From Archaeoglobus fulgidus DSM 4304 (GTDB taxonomy: Archaea; Halobacteriota; Archaeoglobi; Archaeoglobales; Archaeoglobaceae), in contig NC_000917.1 of assembly GCF_000008665.1 (NCBI RefSeq), positions 630,001 to 662,000 on the forward strand: a DNA stretch of 32,000 nucleotides, written 5' to 3'. This document shows positions 9,423 through 18,316 of this stretch, in pieces. Position 1 is the stretch's first letter. Each line of letters starts with the position of its first letter. The position numbers and the translations under genes were made by a program. A model generated the notes under the pieces. It had not been told where the DNA came from and did no database searches. It was given only the letters and a program-made list of their open reading frames with translations.

Positions 9423-9876
9423 GAATCTCAGGATGCTGAGGGTTATTGCTGACTACCAGTTCGGAAGAGGTGTTGGGAGAGTGCTTTTCCCGGACACCTG
9501 CAAGTTCATACTTTCCAGCTCAGGGAGGGTTAGACAGGTTGTTGACGGGGGCGTTAGGATTGCCACGCTCAAGCCTGACTCCGGGTGGTTTACGCTGAGC
9601 ATTGAGGGAGCAAGGAGGGTTAAGGAGGCGCTCCCCTTCCCCAAGATGAGAGTTGTGGTGATGGATGAGGTGTCCGATTTTATTGCAGCAGGCAAAAGCG
9701 TTTTTGCCAAGCACGTTGTTGAAGTCGATGAGGAAATCAGAGCGAACGATGAAGTTGTGGTGGTCAACACTGCTGACAAGTTGCTCGCCACTGGAAGAGC
9801 GGTGCTCTCAGCCTTCGAAATGCTTGAAATGGAGAGGGGAATGGCCGTGAAGGTCAGGCAGGGTGTTAAGAGATGA
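9412..9876 (+). CDS. PUA-domain RNA-binding protein (archaeosine-TGT C-terminal-like)
   Basis: 154 aa; GRVLFPDTCKF...GRVRQVVDGGVRIATLKPDSGWFTLSIEGARRV...RVVVMDEVSDFIAAGKSVFAKHVVEVDEEIRANDEVVVVNTADKLLATGRAVLSAFEM...GMAVKVRQGVKR. Confidence 0.85.
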   Translation: MEDENLRMLRVIADYQFGRGVGRVLFPDTCKFILSSSGRVRQVVDGGVRIATLKPDSGWFTLSIEGARRVKEALPFPKMRVVVMDEVSDFIAAGKSVFAKHVVEVDEEIRANDEVVVVNTADKLLATGRAVLSAFEMLEMERGMAVKVRQGVKR

Positions 9877-10274
9877 TGCGGATTGACAGGAAAAACATGG
9901 TTCTGAGCGTTAAGTCGGGTAGTGTGGTAACCAAAAATCTTAGGTTCGACGGAACGGTTGTGGCGGGAATCGACTGCAGCTTTCTTGGGAGCATCGAAGC
10001 AAAGGAAGTAAATTTGGGAAGAGGGTGCGTTGTTGGAGGCGTTATCAGGGCTGAGGAGGTTACCGTTGGAGCCTACAGCAACTTCAACGAAATCGAGGCT
10101 GAGGACGTTGTTGTTCTTGCTGGGTGCAAGGGTAAAAGGATAACCGCAAAAAGCGACGTAAGGGTTGCGAAGAACTGCGAAATCGACGAAATAAGGGCAG
10201 GAAACAGACTTTTGATCGAAGGGAATTCAAAAATTGGAAAAATGGAGGCAAGAAAGATAATTGCCTACGGCTAA
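9873..10274 (+). CDS. Beta-helix/bactofilin-like repeat protein
   Basis: 133 aa with tandem short V/I/G-rich strands (FLGSIEAKEVNLGRGCVVGGVIRAEEVTVGAYSNFNEIEAEDVVVLAGCKGKRITAKSDVRV...). Confidence 0.6.
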   Translation: MMRIDRKNMVLSVKSGSVVTKNLRFDGTVVAGIDCSFLGSIEAKEVNLGRGCVVGGVIRAEEVTVGAYSNFNEIEAEDVVVLAGCKGKRITAKSDVRVAKNCEIDEIRAGNRLLIEGNSKIGKMEARKIIAYG

Positions 10275-12532
10275 ATCTTTCTGAGCTTTTCCAGAATTAT
10301 CCTTTTCTCAGCTCTTGCCACGACTTCCCTTATCCTTTGGACCGCATCGGGATTTGCCGAAACACTGTCGATGCCAAACTCGACCAGCTTCTCAACGACG
10401 TGCGGATAGCTGCCAGCCTGACCGCAGATCGAGCTCTTCACTCCGTGCTCCTTGCAAACCTTTATTGTTCTCTCGATGAGCTTGAGCACGGCAGGATGGG
10501 TTTCGTTGTAAAGGTATGCGACGTTCTCGTTGTTCCTGTCCACCGCCAGAGTGTACTGCGTCAAATCGTTTGTTCCTAGGCTGACGAAGTCTATGCCCTC
10601 TTTAATGATATCCTCAAGTATTAGCGCTGCTGCCGGCGTTTCAACCATCACTCCAAACTCAATTTTGTCCAGCGGCAATCCCTCGCTGATGGCTATCTCC
10701 TTAGCCCTTTTGACCTCCTCCGGAGAGGTTATCAGCGGAAGCATCACCCCAACGTTGGTGTATCCCTCGTCCACAAGCTTCTTTATCGCCCTCATCTCGG
10801 CCCTGAAGTGCTCCTCCTCCGCCAGGTCCCTTCTGATTCCTCTGAATCCGAGCATCGGATTGGCCTCAATAGGCTCGTCCTCTCCACCCTCCATAGCCCT
10901 GAACTCATCCGTTGGAGCGTCGATGGTTCTGATCCAAACCGGCTTGGGATAGAACGCCTTGACAACCTTCTTCATTTCCTGATAGAGCAAATCGATGTAC
11001 CTGTCAATCTCACCATCTCTTATGAACTTCATCGGATGCTTTTCGAGCCCGAGAACCATGTGCTCGATTCTGAACAAACCGACCCCATCCGCATTTGTCT
11101 CCCTCGCAACCCTCTCCGCCACGTCGGGAATTGAGATGTTCACCTTCACCTCTGTCGCGGTTATGATTGGAGCGGAAGCCACTACCGGTTTTGGTTCCTC
11201 CTTCTTCTCAATTCTGCCCTCGTAAACGATTCCCTTCTCACCGTCAACGGTTACAACCATTCCGTCTTTCAGAACCTTAGTTGCGACTTTAGTTCCAACA
11301 ACCGCCGGCACTCCGAGTTCTCTTGAAACTATGGCTGCATGGCAGGTCATACCTCCCTCGTCCGTCACAATGGCGGCTGCTCTCTTCATCGCCGGGACCA
11401 TGTCTGGTGTGGTCATCGTTGTGACCAGTATGTCTCCCTCTTCAACCTTGGAAATCTCTTTCTCGCTGAAAATCACCTTCACCTTACCCGAGGCGATACC
11501 CGGAGATGCTCCAAGCCCCTTCAGAAGGATTTTGCCCTCTGCCTCTTCCGAAACCTCTTCTTCAGCCTCCTTTTTCTCTTTTCTTATGGTTGTGATCGGC
11601 CTCGACTGGACTATGTATATCTTGCCCCCCTCAATAGCCCACTCGACGTCCTGCGGCTTGCCGTAGTGGTCCTCTATCAGCTCTCCAAGAGTTACGAGCT
11701 TTTCTATCTCCTCATCGCTCAGCACCCTCTCGTTTGCTTTCTCGGGTGGAAGCTCGACCTTAACGGTCTTCCCGTCTTTTCTCGTAAGCATGAACTTCTT
11801 CTCACCAATCTTGACCTCCTCTATCTTTCTCTTCACTCTGTCGTAAACGTACGTGTCGGGAGTGACGAGACCGCTTACAATAGCCTCTCCCAGGCCGAAA
11901 ACCGCCTCGATGATGCACTTCTTCTCCCCGCTAACCGGATGGGACGTGAACATTACTCCGCTCTTCTCGCTGTTCACCATCTTCTGCACAACGACGGCGA
12001 TGCTGACGTCCTCATGCCTGAAGCCCTTCTGGACTCTATAGTAAATGGCCCTAGGTGTGAAAAGACTCCCCCAGCATTTCTTGACCTTCTCAACAACCTC
12101 GTCCTCGCCAACAACGTTCAGATAAGTCTCCTGCTGCCCCGCAAAGCTTGCATCCGGCAAATCTTCTGCGGTTGCTGAGCTTCTGACCGCAACGTAAACT
12201 TCCTTTCCCTCCTCCTCGCAGAGCTTCCTGTACGCCTCTCTGATCTCCCTCTCAATGTCTTCAGGCATCTCCGTCTTTTCGATGATTTCCCTGATTTCCC
12301 TCGAAACAGCATCCAGCTTTTCCGTATCCTCAACATCGAGTTCCCTTAGCAGGGAGTAAATTTTCTCAGCTATCCCTGTTTTCTGAATGAATTCGCGAAA
12401 CGTTCGAGCGTCAACAACGAAACCATCAGGAACCGGAATTTCAGCTCTTAAAAGTTCACCAAGATTCGCACCCTTCCCACCAACAAGAGGAATATCGTTT
12501 TTATCAACATCCGCCAACCAGAGTACCGGCAT
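10271..12532 (-). CDS. ppsA: Phosphoenolpyruvate synthase (pyruvate, water dikinase)
   Basis: 753 aa; VGGKGANLGELLRAEIPVPDGFVV, RSSATAEDLPDASFAGQQETYLNV, TDEGGMTCHAAIVSRELGVPAVVGT, SLGTNDLTQYTLAVDR, SICGQAGS. Confidence 0.97.
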   Translation of the reverse strand: MPVLWLADVDKNDIPLVGGKGANLGELLRAEIPVPDGFVVDARTFREFIQKTGIAEKIYSLLRELDVEDTEKLDAVSREIREIIEKTEMPEDIEREIREAYRKLCEEEGKEVYVAVRSSATAEDLPDASFAGQQETYLNVVGEDEVVEKVKKCWGSLFTPRAIYYRVQKGFRHEDVSIAVVVQKMVNSEKSGVMFTSHPVSGEKKCIIEAVFGLGEAIVSGLVTPDTYVYDRVKRKIEEVKIGEKKFMLTRKDGKTVKVELPPEKANERVLSDEEIEKLVTLGELIEDHYGKPQDVEWAIEGGKIYIVQSRPITTIRKEKKEAEEEVSEEAEGKILLKGLGASPGIASGKVKVIFSEKEISKVEEGDILVTTMTTPDMVPAMKRAAAIVTDEGGMTCHAAIVSRELGVPAVVGTKVATKVLKDGMVVTVDGEKGIVYEGRIEKKEEPKPVVASAPIITATEVKVNISIPDVAERVARETNADGVGLFRIEHMVLGLEKHPMKFIRDGEIDRYIDLLYQEMKKVVKAFYPKPVWIRTIDAPTDEFRAMEGGEDEPIEANPMLGFRGIRRDLAEEEHFRAEMRAIKKLVDEGYTNVGVMLPLITSPEEVKRAKEIAISEGLPLDKIEFGVMVETPAAALILEDIIKEGIDFVSLGTNDLTQYTLAVDRNNENVAYLYNETHPAVLKLIERTIKVCKEHGVKSSICGQAGSYPHVVEKLVEFGIDSVSANPDAVQRIREVVARAEKRIILEKLRKI

Positions 12533-12620
12533 TTACTCACCTCGTTCTGAGTTTGCCAAAGCCTTAAAAAATTTTAGGTGGAGCGGAATCGCAAGCGATA
12601 TATTAAGCAGGAAATCATAG

Positions 12621-12980
12621 ATGCCAATGGTGAGGAAAGCTGCATTTTATGCAATTGCAGTCATTTCAGGAGTTCTCGCTGCCGTAGTGGGGAATGCCTT
12701 GTACCACAATTTCAACTCGGATTTAGGTGCTCAAGCTAAAATTTACTTCTTCTACTCCGACTCATGCCCCCACTGCCGCGAAGTGAAACCGTACGTGGAG
12801 GAGTTTGCAAAAACGCACAACTTAACCTGGTGCAATGTCGCGGAAATGGACGCAAACTGCTCCAAAATAGCTCAGGAGTTTGGAATTAAGTACGTGCCTA
12901 CTCTCGTTATAATGGACGAGGAGGCTCACGTTTTTGTGGGTTCTGATGAGGTTAGGACAGCAATAGAGGGGATGAAATGA
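12621..12980 (+). CDS. Membrane-anchored/exported thioredoxin-fold protein (CPHC)
   Basis: 119 aa; N-terminal hydrophobic segment then KIYFFYSDSCPHCREVKPYVEEFAK ... FGIKYVPTLVIMD (cis-Pro region). Confidence 0.88.
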   Translation: MPMVRKAAFYAIAVISGVLAAVVGNALYHNFNSDLGAQAKIYFFYSDSCPHCREVKPYVEEFAKTHNLTWCNVAEMDANCSKIAQEFGIKYVPTLVIMDEEAHVFVGSDEVRTAIEGMK

Positions 12981-13327
12981 GAAGACTGGCAATCCTGCTA
13001 TCCCTTGCAGGAATCGCTGATTCATCCTACCTTCTTCTCAGCGAGGCGGTTCCCTGCCCAACAGGGGTGTGCGCGTCAATATCGGTCTTCTCCCTCCCCC
13101 CCTTTGTCCCGGCTCTTCTTGGCCTTTGCTGGTTCGTCCTTTCCATTGTCGTTTTCACCGCAGGAGTTAACAGAGCACTGCTCACCTTCTGGAGGTTTTC
13201 CGGCGTTTTTGGAGAGTCCTTCCTCGGAACGTACGCGGTTCTGCACGGCTACTTCTGCCCATACTGCTTCACAGCCTACGGGATAGGGATTGTGGTTGTA
13301 GCGATATCCGAGAAGCTTTACGGCTAA
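12977..13327 (+). CDS. Compact vitamin K epoxide reductase (VKOR)-family membrane protein
   Basis: 116 aa, about four hydrophobic segments; PCPTGVCASISVFSLPPFVPALLGLCWFVLSI loop cysteines and CPYC motif near the C-terminus; ATGA overlap with upstream thioredoxin-like gene. Confidence 0.78.
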   Translation: MRRLAILLSLAGIADSSYLLLSEAVPCPTGVCASISVFSLPPFVPALLGLCWFVLSIVVFTAGVNRALLTFWRFSGVFGESFLGTYAVLHGYFCPYCFTAYGIGIVVVAISEKLYG

Positions 13328-13995
13328 AATTTCCCCTTCCTTACTACATCAAGCGGTATTTTGCCTTTATGCACCGCCGTGGCAACCAGAACACCGCTGC
13401 ACCCCATTTCCTTGAGCCTTTCCAAATCTTCAACTCCCGAAATCCCCCCTCCAAGCATGACTGGATGTTCGGAAAGTTCGAGAGTTTTAGTTAAAACGGA
13501 GAGGTCGGGCTTCATAGCTCCAACAGCATGTATCGGCAGGACTATCAGCCCGTAGAGGTCGAAGGAGTTAAGGAATTTAACCACCTCCTCCCAGCTTTCG
13601 AACTTTCCAGATGCATCCAGAAATTTCTCCTTGAAATCGAGGCTGACGTAGCATTTCCTGTCAAGCTGAGTTATGTCGAAGGTTTCCGTTCCAACCACAG
13701 GAGTGAAGGGCAATTTTTCAAGCTCTTCGGGGCTTCTGAAACCGCAGTCAGCTATGAGCTCTTCAACCCTCTTTGATAGCTTCGATAGCAGGGAAAAGTT
13801 GTCACCCAATCCCACAATCCTGTCGAGGTCTGCAGCATACAAAAATCTTGGCTTAATCTCCTCAATCACCTTCAAGGCATCATCAGATGACACAAGCCTG
13901 CTGATGGCGGTTATGGGAGGGTAGCTTTCCCTCTCCCCTCCCTTTCCCGCAACTACCTTACCGCTTTTTATATCAACCACAAAAAATACCTTCAT
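13324..13995 (-). CDS. HisA/HisF-family TIM barrel paralog (ProFAR isomerase-like)
   Basis: 223 aa; VFFVVDIKSGKVVAGKGGERESYPPI, LYAADLDRI, GLIVLPIHAVGAMKPDLSVL, VMLGGGISGVEDLERLKEMGCSGVLVATAVHKGKI. Confidence 0.8.
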   Translation of the reverse strand: MKVFFVVDIKSGKVVAGKGGERESYPPITAISRLVSSDDALKVIEEIKPRFLYAADLDRIVGLGDNFSLLSKLSKRVEELIADCGFRSPEELEKLPFTPVVGTETFDITQLDRKCYVSLDFKEKFLDASGKFESWEEVVKFLNSFDLYGLIVLPIHAVGAMKPDLSVLTKTLELSEHPVMLGGGISGVEDLERLKEMGCSGVLVATAVHKGKIPLDVVRKGKF

Positions 13996-14068
13996 GCTCC
14001 CATATCAGCAATGAGATTAAAAAGGAAATGTTAAATAAACTGAAGCATACAGCCAGCAGGTGATAAAA

Positions 14069-14890
14069 ATGGTTGTGAAAGTTGGTGTTTTGAAGATGGG
14101 TGCTATTGGCACTGCTCTGCTTGTGGAGTATCTGCTTGATGAGAGGGCTGATAGAGAGGACATCGAGGTTAGAGTTGTTACAAGCGGTGCAAAAATGCAG
14201 CCTGAAGAGGCTGTTGTGGCTGAGAAGCTCAAGGAGTTCGACCCGGATGTTGTGATTGTTGTTTCACCAAACGCAGCCCTACCAGGGCCAAAGGCTGCCA
14301 GAGAGGCCTTTGAGGGCAAGCCTGTAATTGTAATCAGCGACGCACCGGCAAAGAAGGCAAAGGACGAGCTTAAGGAGAAGGGATTCGGATACATTCTAAT
14401 CAACGCAGACTCCATGATTGGAGCGAGGAGAGAGTTCCTCGACCCGACAGAGATGGCGCTTTTCAACGCTGATGTTGTGAAGGTTCTCGCCGCTACCGGA
14501 GCCTTCAGGCTCGTGCAGGAGGCAATCGACAAGGTTATTGAAGATATTAAGGCTGGAAAGCAGCCTGAGCTTCCGCAGATTGTTGTCACAGCCGAAAAGG
14601 CAGTCGAGGCTGGTAAGTTCAGCAATCCATACGCCAAGGCGAAGGCGATGGCGGCATTCTACATTGCAGAGAAGGTTGCGGACATCGACGTGAAGGGATG
14701 CTTCATTGAGAAGGATCCAGAGAAGTACATCCCGCTTGTCGCTTCAGCTCACGAGATGATGAGAATCGCCGCAATCCTTGCCGATCAGGCGAGGGAGATT
14801 GAGAAGAGCAACGACACCGTCTTCAGAAACCCGCACGCCAAAGATGGAAAAATCCTCGGCAAGACCCAGCTGATGGCAAAGCCCGAATGA
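14069..14890 (+). CDS. mtd: F420-dependent methylenetetrahydromethanopterin dehydrogenase
   Basis: [48 protein letters not shown]...[49 protein letters not shown] at 14069 preferred over the tracked GTG at 14060. Confidence 0.96.
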   Translation: MVVKVGVLKMGAIGTALLVEYLLDERADREDIEVRVVTSGAKMQPEEAVVAEKLKEFDPDVVIVVSPNAALPGPKAAREAFEGKPVIVISDAPAKKAKDELKEKGFGYILINADSMIGARREFLDPTEMALFNADVVKVLAATGAFRLVQEAIDKVIEDIKAGKQPELPQIVVTAEKAVEAGKFSNPYAKAKAMAAFYIAEKVADIDVKGCFIEKDPEKYIPLVASAHEMMRIAAILADQAREIEKSNDTVFRNPHAKDGKILGKTQLMAKPE

Positions 14891-15845
14891 GGTCAAGAAT
14901 CCTAAATTCGATTTTAATTTTTATTTTTCTAATTCTCTTCTACTCAACGCTCTTCGTTGCGCTGATGCAGAATTACGAGGGGAGAAGCTACTCAATTGTC
15001 GATGGGTTTTACTGGGTCATAGCGACGATAACAACCGTCGGGTATGGGGATATTTACTTCACTACACCGGCGGGCAAGATTTTCTCGGTTGTTGTAATGG
15101 TCAGCGGTGTGCTGTACTTCTTCGGCTTCCTGCTTCCGTACGCCATAATTCCCTGGGCAGAGGAGAGGCTAAAGCTCGTCTTACCGACATCTGTCAAAAT
15201 GAGCAACCACATTATTATCTGCGGATACAACCTCTTCACAGTCGAATTCTGCAAGATACTCAGAGAATTCGGTGTTAATACGTCGTTCTTGAAAAAGACC
15301 CTGAAAGGGTAAGAAGGGCTCTGGATGACAGAGTCGTTTGCGTCCTCACCAGCGGCTCCGAGCGGTCTTTTCTCGAGAACGGAGTTGAGAGAGCAAACGC
15401 CATGATAGTAGCATGGGACAGGGTGGAGGACATTCTCGACACGCTGCTCACACTCAAGGAGTATGGCATTCCAAAGTATGTTGTCTACGGGGATTACAGG
15501 TACACGAAATACCTGCTCTACGCGGGGGCAAAGAAGGTGTTCCTGCCGAAAAGTCTCATAGCTTCGAGCATTGCGAGGATGATACTTCAGGAGGTCGAGA
15601 TCGGGAAGAGAAGGGAGATTTTCGATGGTGTGCAGGCAATTGAAATCGTGCTGCCGTCGAATATTTCAGTCTCAGAACTTGAGGAGAGAGGGCTGAGGGT
15701 CATTGCAGCATGCCGTCTCGGAAATCTGGAGTTCAACCCACCAAAGGACAGAGTTCTTGAAAAGGGTTGCGTTGCACTTTTGGCCGGTACTGAGGAGGCA
15801 ATAAAGGGGATCGTGTATGAGGGTACTCATTTTAGGCTACGGTGA
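14887..15845 (+). pseudogene. MthK-like K+ channel (pore + RCK domain) interrupted by a single-base frameshift
   Basis: Frame 1 from 14887: TM, TTVGYGDIYF filter, TM, RCK start NHIIICGYNLFTVEFCKILREFGVN; it then reads out of frame. From 15279 frame 0 continues YVVLEKDPERVRRALDDRVVCVLTSGSERSFLENGVERANAMIVAWDRVEDI... to 15845. Confidence 0.85.
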
Positions 15846-16461
15846 CGTTGGGAGGACAGCGGCAAGAATTCTGACCTCGAGGGGAGTGGATACAGTCGTC
15901 GTTGATAAGGAGGTGCACGAGCCCGAGGGAAGTGCCGAGTTTATAAGGGCCGACGTAACGTCGGAATCCTTCTGGGAAAATATCGAGCTATCCGATTTCG
16001 ATGCCGCAATTATCGCCCTTCCAGAAGACACACATGCCATTTTCTGCGTTCTAACTCTACGAAGAATGAGGGAGGATTTGAAGATTTACGTCAGATGCAA
16101 CGAAAGTGAGAATGCGGAGAAGATGTACGTGGCGGGAGCGGACTACGTTATTGTGTTGCCAATGGTTACGGCTGAGATGATTCTCTCAGAGGTTTTCGGA
16201 GAATCTATAAGAAGGAGAATGAGGTTTGAGAATATCGAGATTGCCGTTTACGAGGTAAAGAGGGGGTCCAAGGTAGTAGGAAAAACCCTAAAGGAGCTCG
16301 AGGGTAAGGGTGTGAAGGTAATTGCCGCGGAATGCGGCGGGAGGGTTATCATGGACCTCAATTTCACAATTGAGGAGGGCTGCAGAATCGCTTTGGCTGG
16401 AAAAACTGACAACCTCCTGGAAGTTGAGGCGGAACTAAGCATCCCAAATCAAAAGGATTAA
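15817..16461 (+). CDS. TrkA-type RCK domain protein (TrkA_N + TrkA_C), probable K+ channel/transport regulator
   Basis: 214 aa; MRVLILGYGDVGRTAARILTSRGVDTVVVD (GxGxxG Rossmann) and C-terminal GSKVVGKTLKELEGKGVKVIAA...IEEGCRIALAGKTDNL. Confidence 0.88.
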   Translation: MRVLILGYGDVGRTAARILTSRGVDTVVVDKEVHEPEGSAEFIRADVTSESFWENIELSDFDAAIIALPEDTHAIFCVLTLRRMREDLKIYVRCNESENAEKMYVAGADYVIVLPMVTAEMILSEVFGESIRRRMRFENIEIAVYEVKRGSKVVGKTLKELEGKGVKVIAAECGGRVIMDLNFTIEEGCRIALAGKTDNLLEVEAELSIPNQKD

Positions 16462-16485
16462 AATGCCCTGGAATTAAATATAATT

Positions 16486-17280
16486 ATGGTGAAAGTTTAC
16501 GTTCTTGTGGACAATAAGGTAGTTGACTTAAGGCCACCGGGAATGAAGGCTGAGTGGGGTTTTTCTGCATACATTGACGCTAAGGAGCCTGTTTTGATGG
16601 ATTCAGGCATCCGATATCGCCTTTAGGAACATGCTGGTGAGGGGGCTTGAATTGCCGCAAAAGATGGTACTGAGCCCACGGCCCACTACGACCACACGGG
16701 CGGGCTGATGAGTGTTTTGAGGCCAAAAATGAAGCTCTACACTCATCCCCATGCTTTCCTGCCGAGGTTTTACAAGGGGATGCATGTGGGCATACCTTTT
16801 GTAAGGGAGAGGATTGAGGCGATGGCTGAGGTTGTGGAGGTTACCGAGCCTCAGGAGGTTGCAAAAGACGTGTGGATGCTTGGAGAAGTGCCAAGGAAGC
16901 ACGAGCAAGCGCTGCTTGAGGACTCCTACATCGTGGTTGATGGAGAAAAGCAGTTTGACGGGCTGCTGGACGATACATCCGTAGCCGTAAAAACCGATAA
17001 AGGATTGCTTCTCGTCCTCGGCTGCTGCCACGCAGGGCTGAGGAACACGGTTGAGTGGGCAGAGGAGGTTGTGGGAGATGAGGTGAAGTACATTGTAGGT
17101 GGGACGCATCTGATCGCCTTCAAGCCTTCAGAGCTTCCTGAAATCATCAAGTGGCTTGATGCCATAATCGAGAAGATTGCTCCCTGCCACTGCACTGGTT
17201 TAGGCTATGAGTTCGTGCTCAAGGAGAAGCTTGGGGAGAAGTATGTGATGGTTGGGAGCGGGAGCGTTTTTGAGGTTTAA
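16486..17280 (+). pseudogene. Metallo-beta-lactamase fold protein of the dihydropterin-ribofuranosylaminobenzene-5'-P synthase-like type, disrupted by several frameshifts near the active-site motif
   Basis: ATG 16486: MVKVYVLVDNKVVDLRPPGMKAEWGFSAYIDAKEPVLMDSGI then stop; frame 2: DIAFRNMLVRGLELPQKMVLS; then with two extra C removed HGHYDHTGG; frame 1 resumes LMSVLRPKMKLYTHPHAF...LLLVLGCCHAGLRNT...YIVGGTHLIAF...IAPCHCTG to 17280. Confidence 0.85.
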
Positions 17281-17921
17281 GCTCTCAAAAGTTCCACCCC
17301 CAAGTGCCAGTACCTCTCCCCCTCGTAGGCATCCAGAAGCTTCACTTCCAGCCTTTTTTCGAAAATTGGTCCGTCAACAACTAAGGTGTGGAACTCACCA
17401 TCTTCACCGCAGGGGTCGATTCCCCTTTTCTTAACTTCATCAACAAATTTGCGGTCAAATCTTCTTCCAAGAAGGTCTCTGAACTCCTTTTTCGTTGCAA
17501 TGACGTAAGCCTCAAACCCCGCCTCGATGAACTCCTCCGCCAGCTTTTCAGTGCTCTCACCCCACAAAGGGAAAAACGGCTTTACACCACTTTCCCTGCA
17601 AACCCTCTCTATCCACGTCCTGTGCTCTTCGAGGTATATATCCCCGAAAACCGCCCTCTCAACTCCTAATCTGTGAAAGATGCCCTTCAACCTCCTCCCA
17701 TAATCCTCCCACGTTGCCTCTTCAACAACAATGTCTATGCCTATGCTTTCGGCCTGCGCCTTAACAATTTCGGCGTTGATTCCGTGTGCCCTCGCCTTTC
17801 CGTGCTGCATCATGCAGACGAGGCTGTCAACTTCCATTTCCTTCATTGCCCTCCATAATGCAAGGCAGCTATCCTTTCCACCACTCCACATTGCGATTGT
17901 TTTGCCAGCGGTCATGCTCAC
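17277..17921 (-). CDS. Dph6/MJ0570-type PP-loop ATPase (diphthine-ammonia ligase-like family)
   Basis: 214 aa; [17 protein letters not shown] (SGGKDS PP-loop), [53 protein letters not shown]. Confidence 0.88.
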
Positions 17922-18316
17922 TCCTCACCTTTCCCGTCCCTGCCGATCCTGAACACGGAGTTGAGGATGGCGTAGGTGACGAAGTAGTCCTCTCCGATTG
18001 GCTCGCAGATTACAACCTTCTTCCCCTCAAACTCTCCCTCTTTAATCCCTCTTCCCCTCGGAAAACCGAGCAAATCCGGCAGGTCCTCGGTGACGTGCAA
18101 GCCATAGGAGATGAAGAGGGGGACTACATAAATGATATCGCAGTTCATCTCCCTTATCGCCTCATCGGGCATCGGCCTCCTTTTCCTCGCAGCAAAGGCT
18201 ATCTTAACCTCATCAAAGGCTCCGCTCTCCTCAATCCTCTTCCTGTGCAGCTCCATAACCTCTCTGTAGTGGTTGAGCTGGCTTCCGTGCCCAACTATAA
18301 CCAGACCTCTTCTCAT
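17918..18316 (-). CDS. cbiX: Short-form sirohydrochlorin cobaltochelatase
   Basis: 132 aa; [21 protein letters not shown]...[46 protein letters not shown]. Confidence 0.9.

Noticed and set aside
14017-14637. 206 aa minus-strand ORF
   Set aside because: Lies wholly antisense to mtd, is Ser/Ala-rich low-complexity sequence typical of antisense readthrough, and has no recognisable motifs.
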